Made by a program: the position numbers and the translations under genes. Positions 6,365-14,548 of a stretch of 25,732 nucleotides of DNA are shown here, one piece after another. Position 1 is the stretch's first letter. Each line of letters begins with the position of its first letter. Source of the DNA: a virus (taxonomy: Duplodnaviria; Caudoviricetes); the IMG/VR virus record IMGVR_UViG_3300029145_000024, positions 1 to 25,732 of that record; one strand, 5' to 3'. Under the pieces are notes generated by a model. That model did not search any database. It saw only the letters and a program-made list of their open reading frames with translations, and was not told the DNA's origin.

Positions 6365-6591
6365 TACATTTCTCCCATTTTCATAAGAACTTGAATGTTA
6401 TGTAGAATGATATTTTGATTATCTCGATTATTAGTATATCCCAATGCTTTTTTGTAATGCTTGATAGCATCTTTAGCATTTTTATTATCAACATACATTT
6501 CAGCAAGTCCCAGATGTTTTGCATATTTTCTTTGCATTCTAGTTGGTCCTGGGTCAGAAAGAATTTCACCACAAAATGTTGGCAAAAACAT
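6364..6591 (-). CDS. Small protein with a single TPR-like motif
   Basis: LAEMYVDNKNAKDAIKHYKKAL fits the TPR pattern; SD GGAG. Confidence 0.68.
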   Translation of the reverse strand: MFLPTFCGEILSDPGPTRMQRKYAKHLGLAEMYVDNKNAKDAIKHYKKALGYTNNRDNQNIILHNIQVLMKMGEM

Positions 6592-6631
6592 GATATTACT
6601 CCAATCAAAAGTAGGACATTCCAGACTCGAA

Positions 6632-6702
6632 TAGGATGTCCCGGTATTGATCCGGGGTTAATCGGTTATAAGCCGATCTGAGAGACCTCCCTCCCACATC
6701 CC
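6632..6702 (-). tRNA. tRNA-Ile(TAT)
   Basis: Acceptor GGGATGT/ACATCCT, ATCGG-CTTATAA-CCGAT, CCCGG-ATCAATA-CCGGG (non-canonical A54), A73. Confidence 0.82.
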
Positions 6703-6713
6703 AAAATGAGCTA

Positions 6714-6830
6714 TTAGCTCTTACGACCTCGCTTACGAAGTCCGTACTTGTTCTTCTTACTTCTGCGAGGCTTACCCAGCTTACGACCCTTGAATTCTGC
6801 TTTGTTTCCTGTCGATGTTCGTGCTGCCAT
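6714..6830 (-). CDS. Very basic 38-aa peptide MAARTSTGNKAEFKGRKLGKPRRSKKNKYGLRKRGRKS, not in ORF track
   Basis: SD AAGGA; fills the gap between the upstream ORF and tRNA-Ile. Confidence 0.72.
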   Translation of the reverse strand: MAARTSTGNKAEFKGRKLGKPRRSKKNKYGLRKRGRKS

Positions 6831-6841
6831 TTTATATATCC

Positions 6842-7114
6842 TTATTCTTCATCATTTTTAAAAACAATTACACACTTTTTCTTGGTCACATGACCCTGAT
6901 CATTCTTTCGAAGATAGTTTGAGTTTTGACGATCTTCATCATGTCCCAAACGATACTGAACTTTTTGGAAACTAGGAATTCCATTGAATTGTTCTGTTTG
7001 ATTATATTCATCATTAATCAAAGTTTCAAGTCTTTTCATTAAAATTTCTGATGTTTCTGAAGCAATGCCTTCATCGTAACCTAATGGAATATCAATGTGT
7101 AGTCTGAATTGCAT
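6842..7114 (-). CDS. Hypothetical protein
   Basis: 90-aa ORF in a tightly packed operon. Confidence 0.8.
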   Translation of the reverse strand: MQFRLHIDIPLGYDEGIASETSEILMKRLETLINDEYNQTEQFNGIPSFQKVQYRLGHDEDRQNSNYLRKNDQGHVTKKKCVIVFKNDEE

Positions 7115-7116
7115 GA

Positions 7117-7368
7117 TTAATTTCCCGAAATGATAAAGTTTAGAGGACTTAAATCAAAAAGAGCCCGTAGTTGTGATTCAGAAATTTCATATGGTTCTGT
7201 ACTTACTGTATCAACAGGTTCCACTACAAGACATTCTTTTCCATCAATTACATGAATCGAAATTTTGACTAGAGATGATTCTTCAATGTCTAAAGCATTT
7301 CTAAGTCTATCGGGAATAATAACTTTATTGTTTTTATCCACTCTTGCATGTACTGGTGCATATTTCAT
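7117..7368 (-). CDS. AbrB/MazE/SpoVT-family DNA-binding protein
   Basis: RVDKNNKVIIPDRLRNALDIEESSLVKI matches the swapped-hairpin motif. Confidence 0.78.
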   Translation of the reverse strand: MKYAPVHARVDKNNKVIIPDRLRNALDIEESSLVKISIHVIDGKECLVVEPVDTVSTEPYEISESQLRALFDLSPLNFIISGN

Positions 7369-7718
7369 CTATATTTTTCCCATCCTTTTGGGAGAATTAC
7401 ATTCTCCCCAGATCCTTTAAATAATGGACCAATTTGATCTTCTCTATATCCCGCCAATCCACATCCAATTTTTACTACTCTAAATTCCATGCTTTCACGC
7501 ATAGTATATGCAAAGTTTTTAAATTTGTCAACTTCTTCAGCAATTTTTTCTAAAGGAAGAGTTTTCAGATTTTCGTCTTTTGTTGGGATAGCGTAGGAAT
7601 GACCTTGAAGACCAATTCCTTGTCCAAGAATAGCCCCGAAGCTATTTCTAGCTTCGAGGGCAGAGCCAGCACCATGAATACCAGCAAGATTGGAACCAAA
7701 TACAAAAATCTCAATCAT
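7365..7718 (-). CDS. Macro-domain-like phage protein (A1S_2505-type family)
   Basis: IFVFGSNLAGIHGAGSA, SYAIPTK and KIGCGLAG motifs; start 7718 has SD GGAG and an ATGA overlap. Confidence 0.8.
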   Translation of the reverse strand: MIEIFVFGSNLAGIHGAGSALEARNSFGAILGQGIGLQGHSYAIPTKDENLKTLPLEKIAEEVDKFKNFAYTMRESMEFRVVKIGCGLAGYREDQIGPLFKGSGENVILPKGWEKYR

Positions 7719-8386
7719 TTCCATACTCCATCCCAATCTGGAATTTCAACATCGAAATATGAATTTATTCCAATGCAACGAAAGTTTGTACCAGAAACAT
7801 CATGAACAATATTCTGATGATGATGGCCAAACAGCCAAATTTCTGGTTGATGAATTTCGAACATGCTCTGAAGAAGGCGAGATGTGTTTGATCCATCTCC
7901 ACCACTCATCATCACATATGGAAACATGTAACAAAGAACTTCCCAAGGACCATCATGAGAAATAACAATTCTTGGCTTAGATCTTTCATATAGATCTAGA
8001 CACTTCATCATTTCCCCGTAAGACATTTCCTCTTCGCTCCACCAATCTACATGTTCAGTTCTCTGAGCTTGATCAATAGACCAAGCCCCGCCAGCCCAAA
8101 ACATATCCATATCAGGAAAATAATTATGGTATCCAACAGAAAGTGGAGATCTCCTACAATGATCAGGATTATCATGATTTCCTGGACCGAATCGATTTCT
8201 TTCTCCAAATCCAAGAGAATCAATCATCCATTTCTCATCTTTCTTGACTTGACCTTTTCCGGCAAATCCAATACCAAAATCACCAAGCTGGAATGTGGAG
8301 ATTCCCTTGTAATTCGCTTTGCCTACGGTCTTTACATACCAACCGTAGTCTCCATGAATGTCTCCAATTACTCTTAGTGTGGTCAT
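7715..8386 (-). CDS. Calcineurin-like metallophosphoesterase
   Basis: GDIHG, QLGDFG, GNHD, ISHDGP and FGHHH motifs. Confidence 0.9.
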   Translation of the reverse strand: MTTLRVIGDIHGDYGWYVKTVGKANYKGISTFQLGDFGIGFAGKGQVKKDEKWMIDSLGFGERNRFGPGNHDNPDHCRRSPLSVGYHNYFPDMDMFWAGGAWSIDQAQRTEHVDWWSEEEMSYGEMMKCLDLYERSKPRIVISHDGPWEVLCYMFPYVMMSGGDGSNTSRLLQSMFEIHQPEIWLFGHHHQNIVHDVSGTNFRCIGINSYFDVEIPDWDGVWK

Positions 8387-8416
8387 TTCTTACTCCATGA
8401 TCGAGATATCATCGCC

Positions 8417-8758
8417 TTATGCTATATCAAATGCAATAAATGATTTTCTGATATTAATTCCTCTTCTGTTCATAAACTCACTTAAATTTCTTTCAATACA
8501 AAAATAAATAGTATAATTTTCCCCTAATGGATTTTCTATTTCAATAAACTGTTTATTTGCTACAGCTATATTCAATCCCATAGCTTGGATGATGTTCATT
8601 AATTTATTTTGACTGTATCGCAATCGTAGATGATTCGTACAGCACAAGATAGAATCTCCCCTATCATATACCGCATGTGTCAAAATATCGATAAATGATT
8701 TAGTTGTTTTCCCTGAACGCCTATCTCCCCAATAATATTTGATATTATGTGTATACAT
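8417..8758 (-). CDS. Small P-loop-containing protein
   Basis: Walker A-like GDRRSGKTT near the N-terminus; ATG 8758 has SD GAGG. Confidence 0.62.
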   Translation of the reverse strand: MYTHNIKYYWGDRRSGKTTKSFIDILTHAVYDRGDSILCCTNHLRLRYSQNKLMNIIQAMGLNIAVANKQFIEIENPLGENYTIYFCIERNLSEFMNRRGINIRKSFIAFDIA

Positions 8759-9026
8759 TATTTTTATCCTCAATTCTTATTCTTGCTAATGTTTCGGCTA
8801 TTTTTTGAATTTCTACATCTGAGCAAGCATAATCAACTTCCGTTGAAACATAATCAAACTGCAACTCGGGAGGGTTGACCTCTTCCAGTGGCCCATAATC
8901 TTTGACCGCATTTCGTTTGATAATTTCAGCTTGAACTTGATAATAATCGTCCCTGCTCTTATCAGAGAGGGGTCGATGATCCAAAGCACAATTGCTCAAC
9001 GGGTTATGATTAAGCCGCTTTCCCAT
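8745..9026 (-). CDS. Hypothetical protein, first gene of a sigma70 operon
   Basis: SD AGGAG; promoter directly upstream. Confidence 0.78.
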   Translation of the reverse strand: MGKRLNHNPLSNCALDHRPLSDKSRDDYYQVQAEIIKRNAVKDYGPLEEVNPPELQFDYVSTEVDYACSDVEIQKIAETLARIRIEDKNNVYT

Positions 9027-9027
9027 G

Positions 9028-9057
9028 AAAAAACTCCTATACCGTATAGTATAGGAG
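9028..9057 (-). terminator. Intrinsic terminator-like hairpin overlapping a -10 element and an SD
   Basis: CTCCTATAC-TATACG-GTATAGGAG-TTTTTT. Confidence 0.72.
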
Positions 9058-9076
9058 ATATATAGACATTTGTCAA
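9048..9076 (-). promoter_or_regulatory. Sigma70-type promoter
   Basis: TTGACA-N17-TATACT. Confidence 0.82.
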
Positions 9077-9093
9077 GTACTTTTTAATAAATT

Positions 9094-10377
9094 TTATGGG
9101 GCGATAATATTGTAATTGACGAGCCCTACCGCAGAACTTCCCCCGGCATCTGTAAATTGAAGTGTTGCTGTTCCCGAAGTTGCAAAATCCGCAGTACCAA
9201 CAATTCTGAACATCTGAACTGGAGATGATGTTGCTGAAGCAGCTTCGACTACTAATCCGGCTGGAAGCCCTGCTGTGGTTCCTGGAGTAATAGCATCTGC
9301 TTCGAGTCCTGAATCTGGATCCACAATTTCGATAAAGTAGGGAGAAATTTCTGCACCAGAAATACCAGACAATTCCCTAGTAAGTGGGAATGCACCTTCA
9401 TAAATTTCTGGAGCTTGGTTATCTGCTACGGTTGATCCGAATGATCCAGCAACAACAACTTCCATCATTTCTGGATTATCAGTTCCTGGAAGTCTTGTTT
9501 CCCATCCTCTTTTTGTAAGAACGGCAGATTTCATAATCTTATCGCCTAACCAAAGTGGTCTGTTTGCTGTTGAAGCTGTAAGTCCCCATCCACCGGCAAC
9601 ACCACCAACAGAAGGAAGATTTACATCTCCAACGACTTCTCCACCAGAAACAATTCCCCATGTATGCTGTGGAGCAACATCAATATATGCAGAAGTTCCA
9701 ACAAAACTATCAAACGCTTGTGTAATAGATCCAACACTTACAATTGATTCATCATCAGCAGAAAGAGTATCCCCTGTGTCTCTTCCATTCATAGGAATGA
9801 CATAAGTTTCCCCAGCAGGAATATCTTGTGGATCTAAAGAACCACTGAAAATATTAGAAATTTGAGTTGGAGTTAGAAGTCTGTCTACTGCAAAGAAACC
9901 ACTATATTCTGCATACCCGGTTGTTACCCCAGATGTACCAATAACAGTATGTCCAACCATGAATCTTGTACTATGAACATCTAAACGAAGATTTTCAAGT
10001 GTTGTAGTATCTGTAGCAACGGAAATACCATCTACAAATACATTCATTCCTACACTACCTTCAAAGGTAGCAGTTACAAATTTCCATTGTTCGTAAGGTA
10101 TATCAGATGCATCAATATTAATGGTATCAAGGTTATTCGAACCTCCGATTTGGCCATACCATCTTGTTTGAAATCCGCCAGCCGTGCTATATCGGAATAT
10201 GAATTTACCATTATCTTCTATAATTCCATCATTAGATGCTGGTGGAGAAACATCTGGTTCATTTAAAAAGATCCAAAATCCTACAGTAGCATTTGTAGCT
10301 CCTGCTGTTAAAATTCTAGGATCATCCATAAGAGCATATGCTCTTGTTGCTCCACTATTTGAAAATCTGATAGACAT
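9094..10377 (-). CDS. Putative virion structural/adhesion protein: LamG (concanavalin A-like) domain plus C-terminal Ig-like domain
   Basis: TVGFWI, QWKFVTATF, VFVDG and DRLLTPTQISNIF (LamG); GLPAGL (Ig-like); G/T/S-rich; late-promoter-like motif upstream. Confidence 0.75.
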   Translation of the reverse strand: MSIRFSNSGATRAYALMDDPRILTAGATNATVGFWIFLNEPDVSPPASNDGIIEDNGKFIFRYSTAGGFQTRWYGQIGGSNNLDTINIDASDIPYEQWKFVTATFEGSVGMNVFVDGISVATDTTTLENLRLDVHSTRFMVGHTVIGTSGVTTGYAEYSGFFAVDRLLTPTQISNIFSGSLDPQDIPAGETYVIPMNGRDTGDTLSADDESIVSVGSITQAFDSFVGTSAYIDVAPQHTWGIVSGGEVVGDVNLPSVGGVAGGWGLTASTANRPLWLGDKIMKSAVLTKRGWETRLPGTDNPEMMEVVVAGSFGSTVADNQAPEIYEGAFPLTRELSGISGAEISPYFIEIVDPDSGLEADAITPGTTAGLPAGLVVEAASATSSPVQMFRIVGTADFATSGTATLQFTDAGGSSAVGLVNYNIIAP

Positions 10378-10403
10378 TTAAAACTCCAATAATTGTTTTT
10401 ATT

Positions 10404-10430
10404 AAAAAACTCCCTAGTATTTAGGGAGTT
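10404..10430 (-). terminator. Intrinsic terminator containing a CTAAATA late-promoter-like motif
   Basis: AACTCCCTA-AATAC-TAGGGAGTT-TTTT; CTAAATA at 10418-10424. Confidence 0.72.
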
Positions 10431-10457
10431 CTAAAGTTCTAAATGTACATTACAGGC

Positions 10458-10832
10458 TTAACTTTGGAGGCGTAGACCACTTCCATCGGTCATTTCAGAT
10501 GGATCTACAGTATCTCCGGGACTTTGAGGCATTGCGTTGGCAATTACAAGGCCGCTTTGCTGTGCAACATACTGACTGTGGCTTTGGGCCAAACTTCCTT
10601 GAGCATCTTCAATCATATTGATCATAGAACCAGGAAGAGTTACTTCAGTTCCATAATCCGCCATTGGAAAGAATGGGGCAAAAGTCATTCCTTGCTGACC
10701 ATCTGGTTGCGTTACTTGATGAAGAGTGACGGGATATCGAAGCTCAATACTTCCATCTTCTCTAATATCACCGACTTGGGCACCAATTACAACTTCTCCG
10801 GTGTTAATCATTACCGCACGAACATTTGACAT
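10458..10832 (-). CDS. Sm-like domain protein typical of T4-like phages
   Basis: VMINTGEVVIG...LRYPV...FAPFFP...SGLVI pattern; SD AAGGAG. Confidence 0.68.
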   Translation of the reverse strand: MSNVRAVMINTGEVVIGAQVGDIREDGSIELRYPVTLHQVTQPDGQQGMTFAPFFPMADYGTEVTLPGSMINMIEDAQGSLAQSHSQYVAQQSGLVIANAMPQSPGDTVDPSEMTDGSGLRLQS

Positions 10833-10833
10833 A

Positions 10834-11376
10834 CTAAACTCCTTCGCTAAAAATATTACTAATTTCTTCTAAAGACAATGGACAAAAATTATGAGAATCG
10901 ACACCAACATCAATTCTCGGATGGCCTTTTTTGGTTCTTCCGTTCGGACCAATATTTATATTTCCGTGAGTATGACTATGAAGATGCCACGAACCACGGA
11001 AGAATCCGTCCCATTCATCTATGGGATAATGAAACAGAGCAATTTTTTTGGGTTTACCATCGATTACTCGTTTAAGTGTTTTATAATGATAAACCATTAA
11101 ACCCAATCTCTTATATTGAGTCATTGAAAGTTTATCATGATTTCCTAGAATTAAAGTCCTAGACTTGCACACAATTTGATCAAGAAAAGATCTATTAGCA
11201 TCGAATCCTCCGAAGCAAAAATCACCTAAAATCCATAAATTATCTCCAGGCATGACTCTGGAATTGATGTTCTCCAACATCATCTTATTCATATCATCTA
11301 CATTATCAAATGGTCGATTCGATAAAGTACGGATTTTATCGTGACCAAAATGTGTACATCCTGTAAACCAATCCAT
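10834..11376 (-). CDS. Metallophosphoesterase (phage calcineurin-like family)
   Basis: THFGH, ILGDF, LGNHD, LFHYP, HLHSHTH and DVGVD motifs. Confidence 0.88.
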   Translation of the reverse strand: MDWFTGCTHFGHDKIRTLSNRPFDNVDDMNKMMLENINSRVMPGDNLWILGDFCFGGFDANRSFLDQIVCKSRTLILGNHDKLSMTQYKRLGLMVYHYKTLKRVIDGKPKKIALFHYPIDEWDGFFRGSWHLHSHTHGNINIGPNGRTKKGHPRIDVGVDSHNFCPLSLEEISNIFSEGV

Positions 11377-11669
11377 TAATGTCTTGTTTCCTTTTCAACA
11401 AGTTCAACTACGATATCGTAGAACAAATCAGATTCATCCAAAATATTATCTCCGTCAAATACATCAACTGCGAAGTTTTCAAAATATATGATAGGATCTG
11501 AATGAATTTTCTTGATGATCGCACGCTCAACCACAATATGATCAGACGGGAGTGTGTTTCCTACAAAATCAGAATCATTCTCAAGATACCACAGAACTTC
11601 AATCGTCGCGGAAAATGATCCATAGTCGAAATCTACCAGTGTATTTTCTTTAATAATTCGTCTATTCAT
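11376..11669 (-). CDS. Hypothetical protein, possibly leaderless (alternative start 11675)
   Basis: TAATG coupling downstream; no SD; a promoter places +1 at the second ATG. Confidence 0.72.
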   Translation of the reverse strand: MNRRIIKENTLVDFDYGSFSATIEVLWYLENDSDFVGNTLPSDHIVVERAIIKKIHSDPIIYFENFAVDVFDGDNILDESDLFYDIVVELVEKETRH

Positions 11670-11675
11670 GTTCAT

Positions 11676-11703
11676 AGTATAGCATAAAAAAGAGAAAAGT
11701 CAA
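11676..11703 (-). promoter_or_regulatory. Sigma70-type extended -10 promoter
   Basis: TTGACT-N16-TATACT with TGn directly before the -10. Confidence 0.6.
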
Positions 11704-12218
11704 CTGTAGTTTGAACTTTTTACCCGAATTTCTTTAAATGATTTTCCACCATCAATTACTCGTAAATCTTCTCTATCCATTCTTCTAAATGCCATTTTGT
11801 AAAGTCTATCAGGTAGAGATGTGTTTTCACGCATATACAATCCAGTTGGTTCTAATGCCATGATAAAATCATAGAAAGAATCTATATTTATGACAACTCT
11901 TCCGGGTACATCTGATAAACTATAAAGTTTTTCAATTTTACCCGAAGAATCTATGATACAATCCCCATAAAATGTAAATTGAGACATATCAAATTTCAGA
12001 TGATTCAACATACTAACATGAAATACATAATTGGATGGCCATACATATATTTCATTTTTGTTTCCAAAAAATCGAAGAAGACGAAAATTTTCATCTTTTT
12101 GAATAGATTTTTTAATCTCTCCAAGAGTAGGATTAACTAAAACCTCAACAATTTTTTGTGTTGTTGTTCCTGGAAGCGTTACCTTTTGGTGAGAATGAAA
12201 TTTTTCGTTTAGTTCCAT
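11700..12218 (-). CDS. Hypothetical protein
   Basis: 172-aa ORF overlapping the upstream gene end. Confidence 0.78.
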   Translation of the reverse strand: MELNEKFHSHQKVTLPGTTTQKIVEVLVNPTLGEIKKSIQKDENFRLLRFFGNKNEIYVWPSNYVFHVSMLNHLKFDMSQFTFYGDCIIDSSGKIEKLYSLSDVPGRVVINIDSFYDFIMALEPTGLYMRENTSLPDRLYKMAFRRMDREDLRVIDGGKSFKEIRVKSSNYS

Positions 12219-12445
12219 ATTCTCAAATTCTTTCTGACAAAATTGTTCATGCTACGCATGAATCGACGAATTGGAAAATTGTGTTTCTTGATTCTGGGAC
12301 GAAATCCCTGAATTCTTTCAATTGTGTCGAGGTAAATAATCATTTGCATTTTACCAACTTGATCGTTGCGAACATAGAATGGAGATTCTTTTGTTCCTGT
12401 TCCATAACCACCAACATCAGAAAATTTATAGTAGAGCGTTTTCAT
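12209..12445 (-). CDS. Hypothetical protein
   Basis: SD AAGGA; 78 aa. Confidence 0.72.
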   Translation of the reverse strand: MKTLYYKFSDVGGYGTGTKESPFYVRNDQVGKMQMIIYLDTIERIQGFRPRIKKHNFPIRRFMRSMNNFVRKNLRIWN

Positions 12446-12454
12446 TTGACTTCC

Positions 12455-13837
12455 TTAAAATTCAAACATTTCTTCGAGAATGTAATTGATATCTTCGATC
12501 ATCTGATCAGAAGAAATTCCAGCATGAAGAAATTGATCCGGAGCAAAAACAAGTTGATGCATATTTTTATGACCAACTACTTGATTCAAAAGAATGACTT
12601 CTGCCATTTGATAAACCATAAGTTTGTAATCACTATGAGAAATCCATTGAATTGTTTCAGCATTTTTATATCTAGAATCTTTTATTTTACTAGTTGAAAA
12701 CCAATCTGGATTGGATCTTTGCCAACCATCAAATGCTACAATCGAATTCCATCCCTGTTCTGGAGTAAATGATCCAGTATCTCCAGGGATTCTTGGTTCT
12801 ACATAAACTTTTCCTCCCCGAATCTCCATCAACCTTTTGAACATTCTGTAAATTTCATATCGTGGTTCTCCAACTTTTATAAGTGGATTGGTCCATGAAG
12901 TATTCAATGTATCATTGTAAGGAACATCTAGTCCTACGCCAACCACATTTTTCTTCGACATGAAAATATCAATACTTTTCCAAACTCTATCAAAGAAATA
13001 ATCATAGTTTTTATCTATAATTGCATTGATAAAATCTCTATCTTGTCGAAGAGTTCCAAAATAAGGCATCCAGGTAAACCCAGGTATTTCATCAATTTTA
13101 TCAAACGCTTGTTCAATTGTTTCATACCATACTGGATTATCAGATTTTTCCAAATGAAGTTTTGCATCAAAAGGAAGATCTCCATTTGAATTAGAAGTTC
13201 CCCAATTATTTCCAAATGGTCTTTGAATGAATCCTCTGCATCTACCATTTACCCATTCAATAACAGGCATCATTTTATTTTCAACATATTTTAAATGACC
13301 ATGTTTTAAAACATATAGATTTAGTGAGTACGGATTTTCAGATGTTCTTGTTCCAGCACCCATTGTAAATTGCATGTATGCAATTTTTTCGAAAAATTCA
13401 TTCTTTGTAATTTGAACTGGCTTAATAGATTTATCTTTTACCATAGAAACCAAACGAATTTTATGCTTGTTTAAAACTCCACCATGATCTTTAACTTCTA
13501 ACTCATATCTTGCAGTATAAATTCCTGGTTCTGTTGGATTTTCTTTAGCAGAATTTTTTCTAGAAAATACAGCAACTTTAAATTTTCTAGATTTTCCTGG
13601 TTCAATAACTCCTGAAATAGATTCTGCTTCGACGATTCGAATAAACCATCCAAATGCTCTTCTACCTCCTGGTGCTTCATTAAGTCTCATTATATTAACA
13701 GGATAATCCCCATCATTATAAATGGAGATTTCAAAAATTTTAGATTTTTTACCTGATTTTTGTGAATATAGTTTTAAAACATCATCAATTGAAACATTTC
13801 TATTTCCGTATTGTAATCTAAGCATTATTCGATCCAT
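12455..13837 (-). CDS. Hypothetical protein with N-terminal Ig-like (ASH/MSP-like) region and a large unassigned C-terminal domain
   Basis: ISIYNDGDYPVNI...GVIEPGKSRKFKV...PGIYTA pattern; 460 aa. Confidence 0.7.
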   Translation of the reverse strand: MDRIMLRLQYGNRNVSIDDVLKLYSQKSGKKSKIFEISIYNDGDYPVNIMRLNEAPGGRRAFGWFIRIVEAESISGVIEPGKSRKFKVAVFSRKNSAKENPTEPGIYTARYELEVKDHGGVLNKHKIRLVSMVKDKSIKPVQITKNEFFEKIAYMQFTMGAGTRTSENPYSLNLYVLKHGHLKYVENKMMPVIEWVNGRCRGFIQRPFGNNWGTSNSNGDLPFDAKLHLEKSDNPVWYETIEQAFDKIDEIPGFTWMPYFGTLRQDRDFINAIIDKNYDYFFDRVWKSIDIFMSKKNVVGVGLDVPYNDTLNTSWTNPLIKVGEPRYEIYRMFKRLMEIRGGKVYVEPRIPGDTGSFTPEQGWNSIVAFDGWQRSNPDWFSTSKIKDSRYKNAETIQWISHSDYKLMVYQMAEVILLNQVVGHKNMHQLVFAPDQFLHAGISSDQMIEDINYILEEMFEF

Positions 13838-14526
13838 TCCTGGTTTATATGTTGATAAACTCCATCTGTATATATTAAATATTCATCTACACGAATATTA
13901 TCTTTATCTTCGTCAAATACTTCTGATACAACTCTAAGGGCAGAAGAATTTTTTTCCCACGCACCAATAATACTTGGATATCCAAATTCTATATTATCTT
14001 TATCACTGACAAATTTTCCGGAAAATTCTCCAATAAGAGTCCAGGGAAATTTTATTGGAGAAGAAAAATCATAAAACCGAATGGTATCTAAATCTCCAAA
14101 CACTGATCCATAAACCGCTAAGAATTTTCCGCACGGACTTATGTGATATGATCTTGGCCAGAACCCATCTTCAAAATACCAAGTATGATACTTCATCGAA
14201 TTTAAATCAACTACAGTGATACTTTCAACATCTTCAGAACAAATGATGTATTTTCTCTTTTTAGGATGCTTTTTTACAAATTCAAATGGAAAATTTCCAT
14301 AATTTCTAATAAACTCAATTTTACGAGACGAATCATCCTCTTTATAAATTAAAACTTTAGTGTACCACCAAGTATTTTCAGTAAATTCAAATGGAACCGC
14401 ACATATACTATAATTTCCAAATTTTTCGAGTAATGAATATTCTGAATGTATGACTGTAGCCATATCATAAGAATCACGAAACATTTGTCTTTTATTTTCA
14501 AACCAATCGGGAACAAAATCAGCCAT
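13825..14526 (-). CDS. Hypothetical protein, beta-rich (propeller-blade-like ISPCGKFLAV); start uncertain
   Basis: Long ORF overlapping the downstream gene start. Confidence 0.75.
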   Translation of the reverse strand: MADFVPDWFENKRQMFRDSYDMATVIHSEYSLLEKFGNYSICAVPFEFTENTWWYTKVLIYKEDDSSRKIEFIRNYGNFPFEFVKKHPKKRKYIICSEDVESITVVDLNSMKYHTWYFEDGFWPRSYHISPCGKFLAVYGSVFGDLDTIRFYDFSSPIKFPWTLIGEFSGKFVSDKDNIEFGYPSIIGAWEKNSSALRVVSEVFDEDKDNIRVDEYLIYTDGVYQHINQEWIE

Positions 14527-14548
14527 ATTACACAATCTTTTCTATGTG

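Noticed and set aside
8417-8773. Terminase or helicase gene
   Set aside because: Only a Walker A-like motif in about 113 aa; too short, with no further motifs to support the call.
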